A stretch of DNA of 64,000 bases, from the NCBI GenBank assembly GCA_029053015.1, contig JAIDHX010000014.1, positions 45,848 through 109,847 on the forward strand, read 5' to 3'. The position numbers and the translations under genes are program-made. The stretch comes from Lachnospiraceae bacterium (lineage in GTDB: Bacteria; Bacillota; Clostridia; Lachnospirales; Lachnospiraceae). The notes beneath the pieces were generated by a model. It had not been told where the DNA came from, ran no database searches, and saw only the letters and a program-made list of their open reading frames with translations. The stretch's first letter is position 1. Each line of letters starts with the position of its first letter. Shown here one piece after another: positions 10,339 through 19,413 of this stretch.

Positions 10339-11379
10339 ATGAATCAACTTATAAGAATGGATGAAGAATACAGGAAGTGGATTGAGGAACTGGGAAAACG
10401 TTATAAACAGAGACAGATTAAGGCGGCCGTTTCTGTCAATCAGGAAATGATAGGTTTTTATTGGTCTATAGGAAGAGATATTGTAGAAAAGTCGGCTGAA
10501 AGTAAGTGGGGCAGTGGATTTTTTGATAATTTAAGTAAAGATATGAAAATAATTTTGCCAGAGGTGCAAGGATTATCTAGTTCGAATCTCAGGTATATGA
10601 AGAAATTTTATGAATTGTATAGCGATTCAAATTTTCCACAACTTGTGGGAGATTTATCAGATAAAGAGTTATTTTCAATTCCGTGGGGACATCATAGAGT
10701 TATTATTGATAAATGTAAGTTGAACAGAGAAAAGTCAATATTTTTTGTAAAGAAAACGATTTTAAATAACTGGTCAAGGGCAGTACTCTTAAATTTCCTT
10801 GATACGGATTTATATGAGCGCCAAGGAAAGGCAATTTCGAATTTTGAATATGCATTGCCTGAACCACAAAGCGATCTTGCGCAGGAAATAACCAGAGATC
10901 CATATAATTTTGATTTCGTAGCAATAGGGGAAGATTATAGTGAAAAAGAACTAAAAGATGCATTGCTGGATAATATTACAAAATTTCTTATGGAACTGGG
11001 GAAAGGGTTTGCATTTGTTGGAAGAGAATATATAATTCCTATTGAGGGAACAGAGGAAAAAATAGATCTCTTATTTTACCATTTGTATTTACATTGTTAT
11101 GTTGTTGTTGAAGTTAAGATAGTGCCTTTTACATCAGGAGATATCGGACAGGTTGGAACATATGTGAATGTTGTAGATAATTTGGTGAAAACAGATTTTG
11201 ATGCAAAAACAATTGGTTTGATTATATGTAAGAGTAAAAATAATATCCTTGCAAAATATGCAGTAAATAGTTCAAAAGAACCGATAGGAATATCGGCGTA
11301 TGAATTAGCAAATTTGTTGCCTGTGGAATACAGAACTTCGCTACCAACGATAGAAGAAATCGAGAATGAACTTAGATAA
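10339..11379 (+). CDS. DUF1016 / YhcG-family PD-(D/E)XK nuclease domain protein
   Basis: The N-terminal region (YRKWIEELGKRYKQRQIKAAVSVNQEMIGFYWSIGRDIVE) and the C-terminal DLLFYH...VVVEVK core are typical of YhcG-like proteins. RBS GAAAGGAG. Confidence 0.8.
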   Translation: MNQLIRMDEEYRKWIEELGKRYKQRQIKAAVSVNQEMIGFYWSIGRDIVEKSAESKWGSGFFDNLSKDMKIILPEVQGLSSSNLRYMKKFYELYSDSNFPQLVGDLSDKELFSIPWGHHRVIIDKCKLNREKSIFFVKKTILNNWSRAVLLNFLDTDLYERQGKAISNFEYALPEPQSDLAQEITRDPYNFDFVAIGEDYSEKELKDALLDNITKFLMELGKGFAFVGREYIIPIEGTEEKIDLLFYHLYLHCYVVVEVKIVPFTSGDIGQVGTYVNVVDNLVKTDFDAKTIGLIICKSKNNILAKYAVNSSKEPIGISAYELANLLPVEYRTSLPTIEEIENELR

Positions 11380-11406
11380 ATATTTTATGAGAGGTGCAAA
11401 TACATA

Positions 11407-12159
11407 ATGAATGGAATCGAAAAAGGTTTCAATGCAAATCACTTAAAGCTGCTTGCCATCGTGGCAATGACAGTGGATCATATTGCAGACTTGCTGTTCC
11501 CCGGCTTTCCGGCGAAACCGCTGCCGGTTTTATTACATATCATTGGCAGGCTTACCGCGCCGATTATGTGGTTTTTTCTATGTGAAGGTTTTTTCTATAC
11601 GAAAAATATCAAAAAATATCTGATAAGAATGTTTTGCTTTGCGGCAATCTCTCATTTTGCCTATTGCTTTGCGTTTGGGATACCGTATCTGCCTTACAGC
11701 ACAGGGAACATTTTTAATCAGACAAGTGTTATCTGGGCATTGGCGTGGGCGCTGGCGGCACTGTATATTATCCATGGAAAGCATAATCTGAAACAGTGGC
11801 AGAGATATGCGATGCTGGCATTGATATGCCTGATTTCCTTTTCGGCTGACTGGAGTTGTATCGCAGTTATGGCTGTGATTGCCATGTATTCTAACAGGGG
11901 CAGTCTGTCAAAGCAAATGAGGGCGATGATGATGTGGGTTCTTATCTATGCAGTTGTATCTTTTTTCTTTGTCAACAAAGCATACGGCATTATCACACTC
12001 TTTGCGTTTCTGGTCTATTTTCCTTTGCGGTATTATAACGGACAAAAAGGAAAGGCAGGCTGGATGAAGTGGCTGTTTTATGTGTACTATCCGGCACATT
12101 TGGTTGTGATAGGAATATTCCGACTGGTGATGTATGGCAATCTGCCGCTGCTGTTTTAA
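11407..12159 (+). CDS. TraX family membrane protein
   Basis: Opens with LKLLAIVAMTVDHIADLL, the TraX-family signature, and has multiple transmembrane segments. Confidence 0.8.
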   Translation: MNGIEKGFNANHLKLLAIVAMTVDHIADLLFPGFPAKPLPVLLHIIGRLTAPIMWFFLCEGFFYTKNIKKYLIRMFCFAAISHFAYCFAFGIPYLPYSTGNIFNQTSVIWALAWALAALYIIHGKHNLKQWQRYAMLALICLISFSADWSCIAVMAVIAMYSNRGSLSKQMRAMMMWVLIYAVVSFFFVNKAYGIITLFAFLVYFPLRYYNGQKGKAGWMKWLFYVYYPAHLVVIGIFRLVMYGNLPLLF

Positions 12160-12187
12160 GGCAGTTGCCATACAGCACAAAAAATCC

Positions 12188-13159
12188 TTATAATTTTCTT
12201 GCTTTTACAATAAAGGAAGGATTTAAGAGTTTTGCTCTTGCAGCAGAGTAAAAGCGTCCTTCCTGAAAAACTTCCGCTTCCTTTTCGTCATAGGCAGATT
12301 CCTCTACCACCTGCTCGATGAGAAATCCATGATTTGCCAGACAATTTAAATAGGTGGATAGTTTCCAGTTGTGCCGGTAGAAGGCTTCATCGACGACAAC
12401 ATCCCATTCCTGCACATAAGGTCGGGAGAGGACATGCTGTCCGTTTTGAGAGTCGATGCATTGCATAAGCGGATTGTCCCATGCAAAAACCAGCCTTCCC
12501 CCGGTCTTTAAGTATTCTGCTATATGAATTATGGTTTTATCCAAATCCGTAGTCCAGCCAAGTCCATAGATGGAAAATACCAAATCAAAATGGCCATGAG
12601 GCAGACCGGGATCCAGTTCCATAGGCGACACGAACAGCTTTGCCTTTTTTTCCTGTTTCTGAAACAGTCTTTCCGCGCGTTTAATCTGGGCAGCAGAAAT
12701 ATCCAGCCCCCATAACTCCTTTGCTCCCTTTTGTTCCAGCCAGATGAGGGATTCCCCACCGCCGCAGGCGAGTTCAAGCACAGTCTTGCCCCTCATGTCG
12801 CCCAGCAGGCAAAGCGTATCCTCAGTGGGTGTGAAAAAGCCGTAATGGGGGAGGGCAGTAGTTGTCATATCCGCTTCGGCGATGCCTGCCCACCAGTTGG
12901 AGTTGTGTTCCAGTAAACGGGCAGAGGCCTCCGGCAGCAGGTTGTCGGCTTCATTGACAAGAAACAAGCTGTCGATAGTTACGCCAAAATACTCCGCCAG
13001 CTTTGGCAGCAGCAGTAAATCCGGATTTGCCTTTCCTGTTTCCCATTTGCTTATGGCTTGTACCGTAACGCCCATGGTTTCAGCCAAATCCTCCTGACTG
13101 ACCTGCCGCTTGCATCGCAAGGCGCGAATGTTCTGTCCTACCTGAATTTTACCTGTCAT
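12188..13159 (-). CDS. XRE-type HTH domain fused to a class I SAM-dependent methyltransferase
   Basis: N-terminal HTH (IRALRCKRQVSQEDLAETMGVTVQAISKWETGKANP). Methyltransferase motif I (VLELACGGGE). RBS AGGAGA. Confidence 0.85.
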   Translation of the reverse strand: MTGKIQVGQNIRALRCKRQVSQEDLAETMGVTVQAISKWETGKANPDLLLLPKLAEYFGVTIDSLFLVNEADNLLPEASARLLEHNSNWWAGIAEADMTTTALPHYGFFTPTEDTLCLLGDMRGKTVLELACGGGESLIWLEQKGAKELWGLDISAAQIKRAERLFQKQEKKAKLFVSPMELDPGLPHGHFDLVFSIYGLGWTTDLDKTIIHIAEYLKTGGRLVFAWDNPLMQCIDSQNGQHVLSRPYVQEWDVVVDEAFYRHNWKLSTYLNCLANHGFLIEQVVEESAYDEKEAEVFQEGRFYSAARAKLLNPSFIVKARKL

Positions 13160-13194
13160 CTTAACATTCTCCTTTCAAGGTTGATAATTGTGAC

Positions 13195-13392
13195 AATTGC
13201 AAAACTTATATTTGCCAGTTTCGAATTGTACAGATTGTATACTTCATAAGCAGACCCTTGCTTACCGTCGGCACTTAGCTGCCGTATTTTGGCAGCTTAC
13301 GTACCGCTACGGTAAGCTCGGAGCGAAAGCGAGTCTGCGTTGAAGTATACAATCTGTACAATGACACTTGCTGCATAACGAGTCTTGCAATC
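13195..13392 (-). repeat. Long-hairpin repeat family, copy 1 (consensus orientation on the minus strand)
   Basis: Termini are AATTGCAAAACT...AGTCTTGCAATC. The outer stem TGTACAGATTGTATACTTCA pairs perfectly with TGAAGTATACAATCTGTACA. The core CTTACCGTAGCGGTAC...GTGCCGACGGTAAG matches the other copies. Confidence 0.9.
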
Positions 13393-13575
13393 ACTTGAAT
13401 TCATTATGTGTTGTGTCTCATAATATAGGAAAACAAGGAAAGCCACAAGCGAAGGTTTTTTGAAAGTGGTAAACCGGCAGTTGAAGAACATCATAAAATT
13501 GTGTAGGAGATAAACCATATCCTTTGTGCCGTATCTTTTGAATTGATTGATAAAATTATCGTTGATTTGTTTTGA

Positions 13576-13606
13576 CACCTGATACTGCAGGATGCAGTAT
13601 CAGGTG
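13576..13606. repeat. Perfect 14-bp inverted repeat with a 3-nt loop
   Basis: CACCTGATACTGCA-GGA-TGCAGTATCAGGTG, just downstream of the small minus-strand ORF 13623..13832. No T-tract on either strand. Confidence 0.7.
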
Positions 13607-13622
13607 AAGATTATTAATAGAT

Positions 13623-13832
13623 TTACAGATGATATTCCTTTAGCATTTCCTGATAAAAGTCTTTGTCTTCCTTAAGTCGGGGAATGCAATCCGTCTTTCC
13701 GTCGGCTATCAGGCGGGAAACCAGTTCCAGCATCTGCGCAGCTGCTTCTTCATAGCCGTTTTCATAGCCCGTTTTATAGCCTTGCTTATGCCCTTCGTCG
13801 TGTTCTCTTTTCAGCAACTCTCCTAACTGCAT
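13623..13832 (-). CDS. Small hypothetical protein
   Basis: 69-aa ORF with a G-Y/E-rich repeat (HKQGYKTGYENGYEEA). No family recognised. Confidence 0.4.
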   Translation of the reverse strand: MQLGELLKREHDEGHKQGYKTGYENGYEEAAAQMLELVSRLIADGKTDCIPRLKEDKDFYQEMLKEYHL

Positions 13833-13958
13833 ATACCCTTCCTCCAGTATTTTGCTCTGCTTCAGCGCTTTTATCCGTTCATGGATTCTTTCGATATTTT
13901 ATTTTGATATTATCGCTATTATAAACGAATAAAAACATTTTTGCAATCATTATTTTAA

Positions 13959-16466
13959 CTACTGAATACCCCAGCCGTCAAGGGAGAAGAAGCCATAACC
14001 GGTATCCAGATTGTGCAGCCCATAGCAGCCCAGCGTATCATTGGAATCCAGATATTCCCGTCGTTCAGGCTGCCAGCTTTGAAATTCTATTGCGCCGTAT
14101 AGCTCGGTGCCGGGGGCGTGTCCTTGTGCCTCGGGAGAATAGAGGATAAACTGCGCGTTTTCCTTTGGCATATTGCCGTTTGAATCCGAAAAACCGTATG
14201 GATTGCTTGCAATATAGCGTGTTCCGTCTAAAATCCACTCATCGTCGGTTTCATGTTTTGTATCCACAACCAGATTGTCCAAGGTCAGGCTCCAGCTCGT
14301 ATCGCTTATCTGCACAATATCTTTAAAACTGCCGTGAAATCGACAGATATACTCTGTGCCGTTGGGATAGCTATCGTTGTAAGAGCCCATCTCAGAATCG
14401 AGGTATACTCCTGAAAAACTACCGTCCGGATAGAGGTTAAGCATCGTCTGCCATCCGCCTGCGCCGCTGCAGAACATCATCTCCAATACGGAATCGGAAT
14501 CAATGGGAAGTCCGAGGGAAGAAATATAGTCGGCAATCTGTGCGGCGTAAGCCTCCCCTGCTTCCTGAAGCAATTGCAGATTTTCTGACAGGGATTTTGT
14601 GTTATCTCTGGTAAATTCGGGCTCCCAATCGTCAAAAAGAGTGCTGAGGTCATCATACAGTTTTCCGGTCCTCTCAAAGGTACCCAAAAGGGCATAATCC
14701 GTATTGAGCAGCTGCGTGCTTTGGGCAAGATAACCGTTTATTTCTTCCATAAAGGCGGCAATTTCTTCCGGATTGAATGCTTCGTGATAGGGAGCCTCGA
14801 AATTCACATCAAAAGAAACATGATTGTAGGCAATGGTTTCATACCCGTCTTTTAAGGTAAACAATTCATAGCTATAGCTGAACATTCCCTGATACAACGT
14901 TGGGTTATAGCGCAGCAGATAGCTCTCCCCATTTAAAGTACACAAAAACAGTGCGTTCCAGCCGGCATGGGCATAACCGCCTTCTGTATAAAAAATCCGC
15001 TCATCATTCTCATATATCTCCACAGCCTGTCCGTTGCCGTTGTCTATTTCTTTCTGCACCAGTGTTTCTTCTATGCCGTTCCGGTTTAAGTCCAGAATAA
15101 GCGGCAGGCTTGCAGCAGGGTCATCCGGATTTGTGTCAGAACCGGATGACGAACCGGAGTCCGGTGATTCTGTATTGTCCAAAGTGGAATCAGAACCGGA
15201 TGGTACGTCGGATGCAGGCAATGTGCAGAGCTGCGCCATAAGCGGCAGATTCATTTGTCCGGAAGCTGCCTGATAGAGCATATTCTGATATGCAATTTGG
15301 TGTTCGTCCAGCACGGATAAGCGTATTATCTCATTGTCGTCCTTGTCGTACCATGTGATTTGATAAAGCCATTTGTCAGGCTCTTTGACTTTCCCTGTTT
15401 TTTCGTAGTGATACTGCATAATATCTGCGGAAAGTGTCTCTAAGGGTGCCCCTGAGAGCCTTACGGGTTCTCCGCCATCCTGAGAGACGATGACTGCCAT
15501 ATCTGCATCTGCCAAATCAAATACCTTATCGGAGTAAGGATTGGTCAGAAAACAAATTATTACAACGACACAGGCGGCAAGGGCGGCTGTAACAATCCAG
15601 AAAGCCGGGCGTTTGTAGTTCAGCACGGATTTTACCCGCTTCTTTACATCCGTTTCCCCAAAGGCAAGCGGACAGGCAGTGATTCGGCGGCGGTCTGCGC
15701 TGCAGTCGAGTAAAGCCTGAGAATAGTCTGCTCTTGCTTCCCGGTCCAGCTCCCGTATCACCTTCTCATCACAGGCAAGCTCAATGTCCCTGCACAGCAG
15801 AATATAACTCAGCCACATCAGCGGATTAAACCAGTAGACTGCCAGCAGCAAAAAGCCAAAAGGCTTCCACCAATGGTCATGGCGACGCAAATGTGCCTGC
15901 TCATGTGCCAGCACGGATTCCAGTGATTCTTCCGGCAGGGAAAAGGGAATATATATCTTAGGCTTAATGATACCCAGAATAAAAGGGGAGGCAATGTTCT
16001 CGCTCTGATAAATATTGTCCCGAAAAAGAACGGCAGTATTGACTTTTTGCAGCAGCCGAAAATAGCTGATTGCGGCATATAAAAGCAGGAGGATAACACC
16101 CGCGCACCAGAAGGCAGCCAGTATGGGGAGTAATATCTGGAGCGGGTTTGCGCTTGCGCCGGGAGCCGGTGAAAAATTGTGCTCTATGATAGGGTTGAGC
16201 GCGTTGTTGACTGCCGGAATACCGCTTTCAATCGAAGGTTCTGCCTCCATCATAATTTCGGGGCGGATGGTTTCGGTACTGGGAATCAGACTCAAAGCGC
16301 TCTCTATGGAAAATGGACACACAAGGCGGATTCCCACAAGTCCCCAGAGAAGTACATTGACCCATTTGGGTGCTTTCTTTAAAACAGGGCGCAGCACAAG
16401 GACAGCCAGTACAAGCCAGCTTGCAGTAAGACTCATGTTGACAATCTTCAAAAATAAATTGGTCAT
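13959..16466 (-). CDS. BlaR1/MecR1-type M56 family peptidase with a long non-canonical C-terminal domain
   Basis: N-terminal transmembrane segments plus the zinc motif HEQAHLRRHDHWWK. It overlaps the upstream blaI-like gene by 4 nt. I saw no SxxK penicillin-binding motif in the ~540-aa C-terminal region. Confidence 0.85.
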   Translation of the reverse strand: MTNLFLKIVNMSLTASWLVLAVLVLRPVLKKAPKWVNVLLWGLVGIRLVCPFSIESALSLIPSTETIRPEIMMEAEPSIESGIPAVNNALNPIIEHNFSPAPGASANPLQILLPILAAFWCAGVILLLLYAAISYFRLLQKVNTAVLFRDNIYQSENIASPFILGIIKPKIYIPFSLPEESLESVLAHEQAHLRRHDHWWKPFGFLLLAVYWFNPLMWLSYILLCRDIELACDEKVIRELDREARADYSQALLDCSADRRRITACPLAFGETDVKKRVKSVLNYKRPAFWIVTAALAACVVVIICFLTNPYSDKVFDLADADMAVIVSQDGGEPVRLSGAPLETLSADIMQYHYEKTGKVKEPDKWLYQITWYDKDDNEIIRLSVLDEHQIAYQNMLYQAASGQMNLPLMAQLCTLPASDVPSGSDSTLDNTESPDSGSSSGSDTNPDDPAASLPLILDLNRNGIEETLVQKEIDNGNGQAVEIYENDERIFYTEGGYAHAGWNALFLCTLNGESYLLRYNPTLYQGMFSYSYELFTLKDGYETIAYNHVSFDVNFEAPYHEAFNPEEIAAFMEEINGYLAQSTQLLNTDYALLGTFERTGKLYDDLSTLFDDWEPEFTRDNTKSLSENLQLLQEAGEAYAAQIADYISSLGLPIDSDSVLEMMFCSGAGGWQTMLNLYPDGSFSGVYLDSEMGSYNDSYPNGTEYICRFHGSFKDIVQISDTSWSLTLDNLVVDTKHETDDEWILDGTRYIASNPYGFSDSNGNMPKENAQFILYSPEAQGHAPGTELYGAIEFQSWQPERREYLDSNDTLGCYGLHNLDTGYGFFSLDGWGIQ

Positions 16467-16834
16467 AGGGAACCTCCTTGCCGGAAGCGGTCGATTATCT
16501 GTTGGATTTCGTCAAGATCTTCCTCCGTCACCTTGCGGTGTTTGGTAAAGGCCGCAATAAAACTGGGAAGGGAGTCGTCAAATTTCTTCTCCACAAGTTC
16601 GTCAATCTCTGCTGCCTGCACCTCATCTTTGGAGACAAGTGATGTAACGATGGTATTTTCATTTTTTAAAACACCGCGCTCAGACAGACGCTTTATGACA
16701 GTGTAGGTAGTGGAATTTTTCCATCCCAGCTGCTCTTTGCACAAAGCAACCAGTTCACCGCTCTTAATAGGTTCATGTTCCCACAGAATCAGGCAAAAGC
16801 GGTATTCACTTTCAAAAATCTTTGGTGTGTCCAC
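16463..16834 (-). CDS. BlaI/MecI/CopY family transcriptional repressor
   Basis: 123-aa winged-helix protein (ILWEHEPIKSGELVALC...WKNSTTYTVIKRLSERGVL), translationally coupled to the M56 peptidase gene. Confidence 0.9.
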   Translation of the reverse strand: MDTPKIFESEYRFCLILWEHEPIKSGELVALCKEQLGWKNSTTYTVIKRLSERGVLKNENTIVTSLVSKDEVQAAEIDELVEKKFDDSLPSFIAAFTKHRKVTEEDLDEIQQIIDRFRQGGSL

Positions 16835-16850
16835 AATAGTTCCTCCTTCA

Positions 16851-16899
16851 CATGTAGTCTAACGCATTAGATTGTACATGTAGTCTAACACGTTAGATT
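16851..16899. promoter_or_regulatory. Two tandem operator-like repeats upstream of the blaI-like gene
   Basis: CATGTAGTCTAACGCATTAGATT and CATGTAGTCTAACACGTTAGATT are joined by TGTACATGTA. This is TACA/TGTA dyad content, as in BlaI/MecI operators. Confidence 0.55.
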
Positions 16900-17023
16900 A
16901 GATGTGTCAATAGGTTTTTCCAAAGTATATAAATATGCTAAAATGAAAAAAATATTTTTCTTTCATGTAGTTTTCTGCGGGAAAACCGTAGTTATATAGT
17001 AAAGACAAAAGGAGGCAGCGTGA

Positions 17024-17584
17024 TTGGCAGAAGATGAAAAAATCATAGAATTGTTTTTCGAGCGTTCGGAACAGGCGATACATGAATTGGACATAAAATA
17101 TGGAAAAGTCTGTCACAAACTTTCGTACAACATTGTAAACAGCAGGCAGGACGCGGAAGAGTGCGTCAATGACGCCTACTTAGGTGCATGGAACGCAATT
17201 CCACCTGCAAAGCCAAATCCCCTGCAGGCTTACATCTGTAAGATCGTTCGCAACATATCCTTGAGGATGTATTACCGAAACAAAGCGGCAAAGCGGAACA
17301 GTGTTTACGAGATTGCCATGCAGGAGCTTGAGGATTGTTTGTCTGCACCGAATACAGTTGAAGCGGAAATTGAAGCAGGAGAACTGGCGGGAATTATCGA
17401 CAACTTTTTGGAAACTCTGACCGTGGAAAACCGCGTTATTTTTATGCGCCGCTACGCTTACATGGATACTTATGCAGACATAGCCGCCCGTATCGGATTA
17501 TCTGAAAAGAATGTATCTGTCAGGCTTACCCGTATGCGCCGGAAGTTGAAACAGTACTTAATGGAAAGGGGAGTATGTGTATGA
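17024..17584 (+). CDS. ECF-type sigma-70 family RNA polymerase sigma factor
   Basis: Region 2 (ECVNDAYLGAWNAIPP) and region 4 (YADIAARIGLSEKNVSVRLTRMRRKL). TTG start 8 nt after AAGGAGG. Paralogous to 42582..43157. Confidence 0.85.
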   Translation: MAEDEKIIELFFERSEQAIHELDIKYGKVCHKLSYNIVNSRQDAEECVNDAYLGAWNAIPPAKPNPLQAYICKIVRNISLRMYYRNKAAKRNSVYEIAMQELEDCLSAPNTVEAEIEAGELAGIIDNFLETLTVENRVIFMRRYAYMDTYADIAARIGLSEKNVSVRLTRMRRKLKQYLMERGVCV

Positions 17585-18714
17585 ACAAAAAAATATTTTC
17601 AGAAGCAATGACCAAGATAAGCGATACGTATTATGAAGAAGCTGCCCAATATAAGCGCAGGCACAAGAATCCGGTTTGGGTAAAATGGGGAGCGGCAGCA
17701 GCCTGTCTGGCAATCGCGACTGCCTTTTGTATTATATTTCTCCCTTTTAGCGGAGGTATGGTGGTGTCGGCTTATGCGCACGGTACCGGTGAAGAAATCT
17801 CCGCAGCCGGCACAGTCATGAGCAGCGGCACTATCAGTGACGGAGGAGAACTGACAGGACATCCGCTGATGTTCTATCTTTCCGGCAAAGACATAGTTTC
17901 CGTTCGGTTTTCCTGCAAAAATCAGCAAATCTGCTTTATGGACTGGACCGAAAAGAGGGATGAATATGGAAATGCGAAAAACTTTACCGTTACCTATGGA
18001 GAGGACGAAAGCGAATACGATTACCTGACGATTGACTGGGTTCCCAATATGACTATCCGTGAATTGACCAACAATGCAGACAGCACGATTGCAACCCTGC
18101 CGGAAGAAATGCGCAGCGATATTATTGTGATGGAAATTACGTTTGAAAACGGAAAAACAGTAACGAAAGCAATTACCATTTCACTGTTGGATGATGGAAC
18201 GTTCTTTGCCGCTTTTGGCGATTACAAAATCAGCGAGGAAGATAATTTTGTAAAGAGTCCGGACAGCGAAGCAATTCCCCGTGACATTCTTTATGCGCAG
18301 GGCAGCGGGCAAATAGACAGCACGTCTGAAAACATGCAGGTTACAGAAGCGGAACAGACAAAATGGGGGATTACCTTATCCGTTGAAAATGTTACGCCTG
18401 CCGGACTGACCCTTGTGTGTACGCAATCCGGAGGGATACAAACGGGACAACTGCAGGCTGGCAGTTTCTATAAGCTTCAGGTATGGAGCAATGAAACCTG
18501 GCAGGAGGTCCCCTGCCTGATTGAGGATGTGGTATGGAAACAAGTAGCATATAACATTCCTTTGGAAGGCAGGGTAACATGGGAAATAGAGTGGGAGAGC
18601 TTATATGGAGAGCTGCCGGCAGGAACCTACAGAATTGTGAAGCCCATCAATGATTTTAGAGGACCCGGAGATTATGATACGGAGGAATGTTGGGTTGAGT
18701 TTGAAATAGAGTAG
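17575..18714 (+). CDS. Membrane-anchored protein, probable cognate anti-sigma factor
   Basis: It overlaps the sigma gene end. It has one transmembrane segment (WGAAAACLAIATAFCIIFLPF) and a large extracytoplasmic domain. Confidence 0.5.
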   Translation: MCMNKKIFSEAMTKISDTYYEEAAQYKRRHKNPVWVKWGAAAACLAIATAFCIIFLPFSGGMVVSAYAHGTGEEISAAGTVMSSGTISDGGELTGHPLMFYLSGKDIVSVRFSCKNQQICFMDWTEKRDEYGNAKNFTVTYGEDESEYDYLTIDWVPNMTIRELTNNADSTIATLPEEMRSDIIVMEITFENGKTVTKAITISLLDDGTFFAAFGDYKISEEDNFVKSPDSEAIPRDILYAQGSGQIDSTSENMQVTEAEQTKWGITLSVENVTPAGLTLVCTQSGGIQTGQLQAGSFYKLQVWSNETWQEVPCLIEDVVWKQVAYNIPLEGRVTWEIEWESLYGELPAGTYRIVKPINDFRGPGDYDTEECWVEFEIE

Positions 18715-18794
18715 TCAATAATGCGTGTTGGCTGAGGTTCCATAACCTACGGTGTCTTATAAGGGGCGGCATTTTACCTGCCGCCCCTGTACCA

Positions 18795-19367
18795 TTATAA
18801 TTCGGCGTCAAAGGCATGTAGCTTGGCCTTCGATTGGCTGAGCGCTTTGACATATTTTATCGTCAGCTTCCACAAGCCTTTTCCGGCAAGGAAGAGCAGC
18901 AGCCCAAACAGCACGGAAAGCGGAAATGCCGCAAGGGGATGTGCGGTATAAGAGCCGAATTGGAACATAACAAACGGAACGTCGAAACCCAAGAGAAATC
19001 CGACCAGCTTTATGATACCGCCTATGGGTGCGATGATGGCGGAAAACAGCAGACCGCAGGCAAGTACGCTTGTGATGGGAAGGACAAATATGCTGCCGCT
19101 AGCAAGTCCTGTAAATGAGGCGATGCAGAGCAGTTTCCGAAGGCTGAAGGAGCCGTCTTTTGCGATGGAACTGCCAAGATAAGCCGTTGCAAGTTCTTTG
19201 GGACTGCCCAGACGCTCTGTAATTTCAGTGGGCGTCAAATGCTTTTCTGCTTCCAGTTCCAGCATTTCGCTTTTGATTTCTTTTATAATGTCCACCCTTT
19301 CGCCGGCGGGCATCGGTCTTAAGTATCGGTCCGTTTTTTCCAGATAGTCATTTAAAATTTTGTCCAT
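18795..19367 (-). CDS. DUF1700-like membrane protein
   Basis: The N-terminus MDKILNDYLEKTDRYLRPMPAGERVDIIKEIKSEMLE is typical of DUF1700 proteins encoded next to PadR genes. It has C-terminal transmembrane segments. The internal ATG at 19367 follows AAAGGA. Confidence 0.75.
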   Translation of the reverse strand: MDKILNDYLEKTDRYLRPMPAGERVDIIKEIKSEMLELEAEKHLTPTEITERLGSPKELATAYLGSSIAKDGSFSLRKLLCIASFTGLASGSIFVLPITSVLACGLLFSAIIAPIGGIIKLVGFLLGFDVPFVMFQFGSYTAHPLAAFPLSVLFGLLLFLAGKGLWKLTIKYVKALSQSKAKLHAFDAEL

Positions 19368-19413
19368 GTGAGTCAATCCTTTCTTTTTATTTGTATATCG
19401 CAGAAAGCGTCTT

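Noticed and set aside
13297-13578. 93-aa ORF. Similar ORFs cross the other hairpin repeats (19953..20162, 26319..26549, 46076..46306, 59227..59496) and share peptide strings such as NADTLSLQAYRSGT.
   Set aside because: The shared peptides are just translations of the repeat and appear on different strands because the element is palindromic. The ORFs have no RBS and start or stop at arbitrary points. Compensatory base changes argue for a structural, non-coding element.
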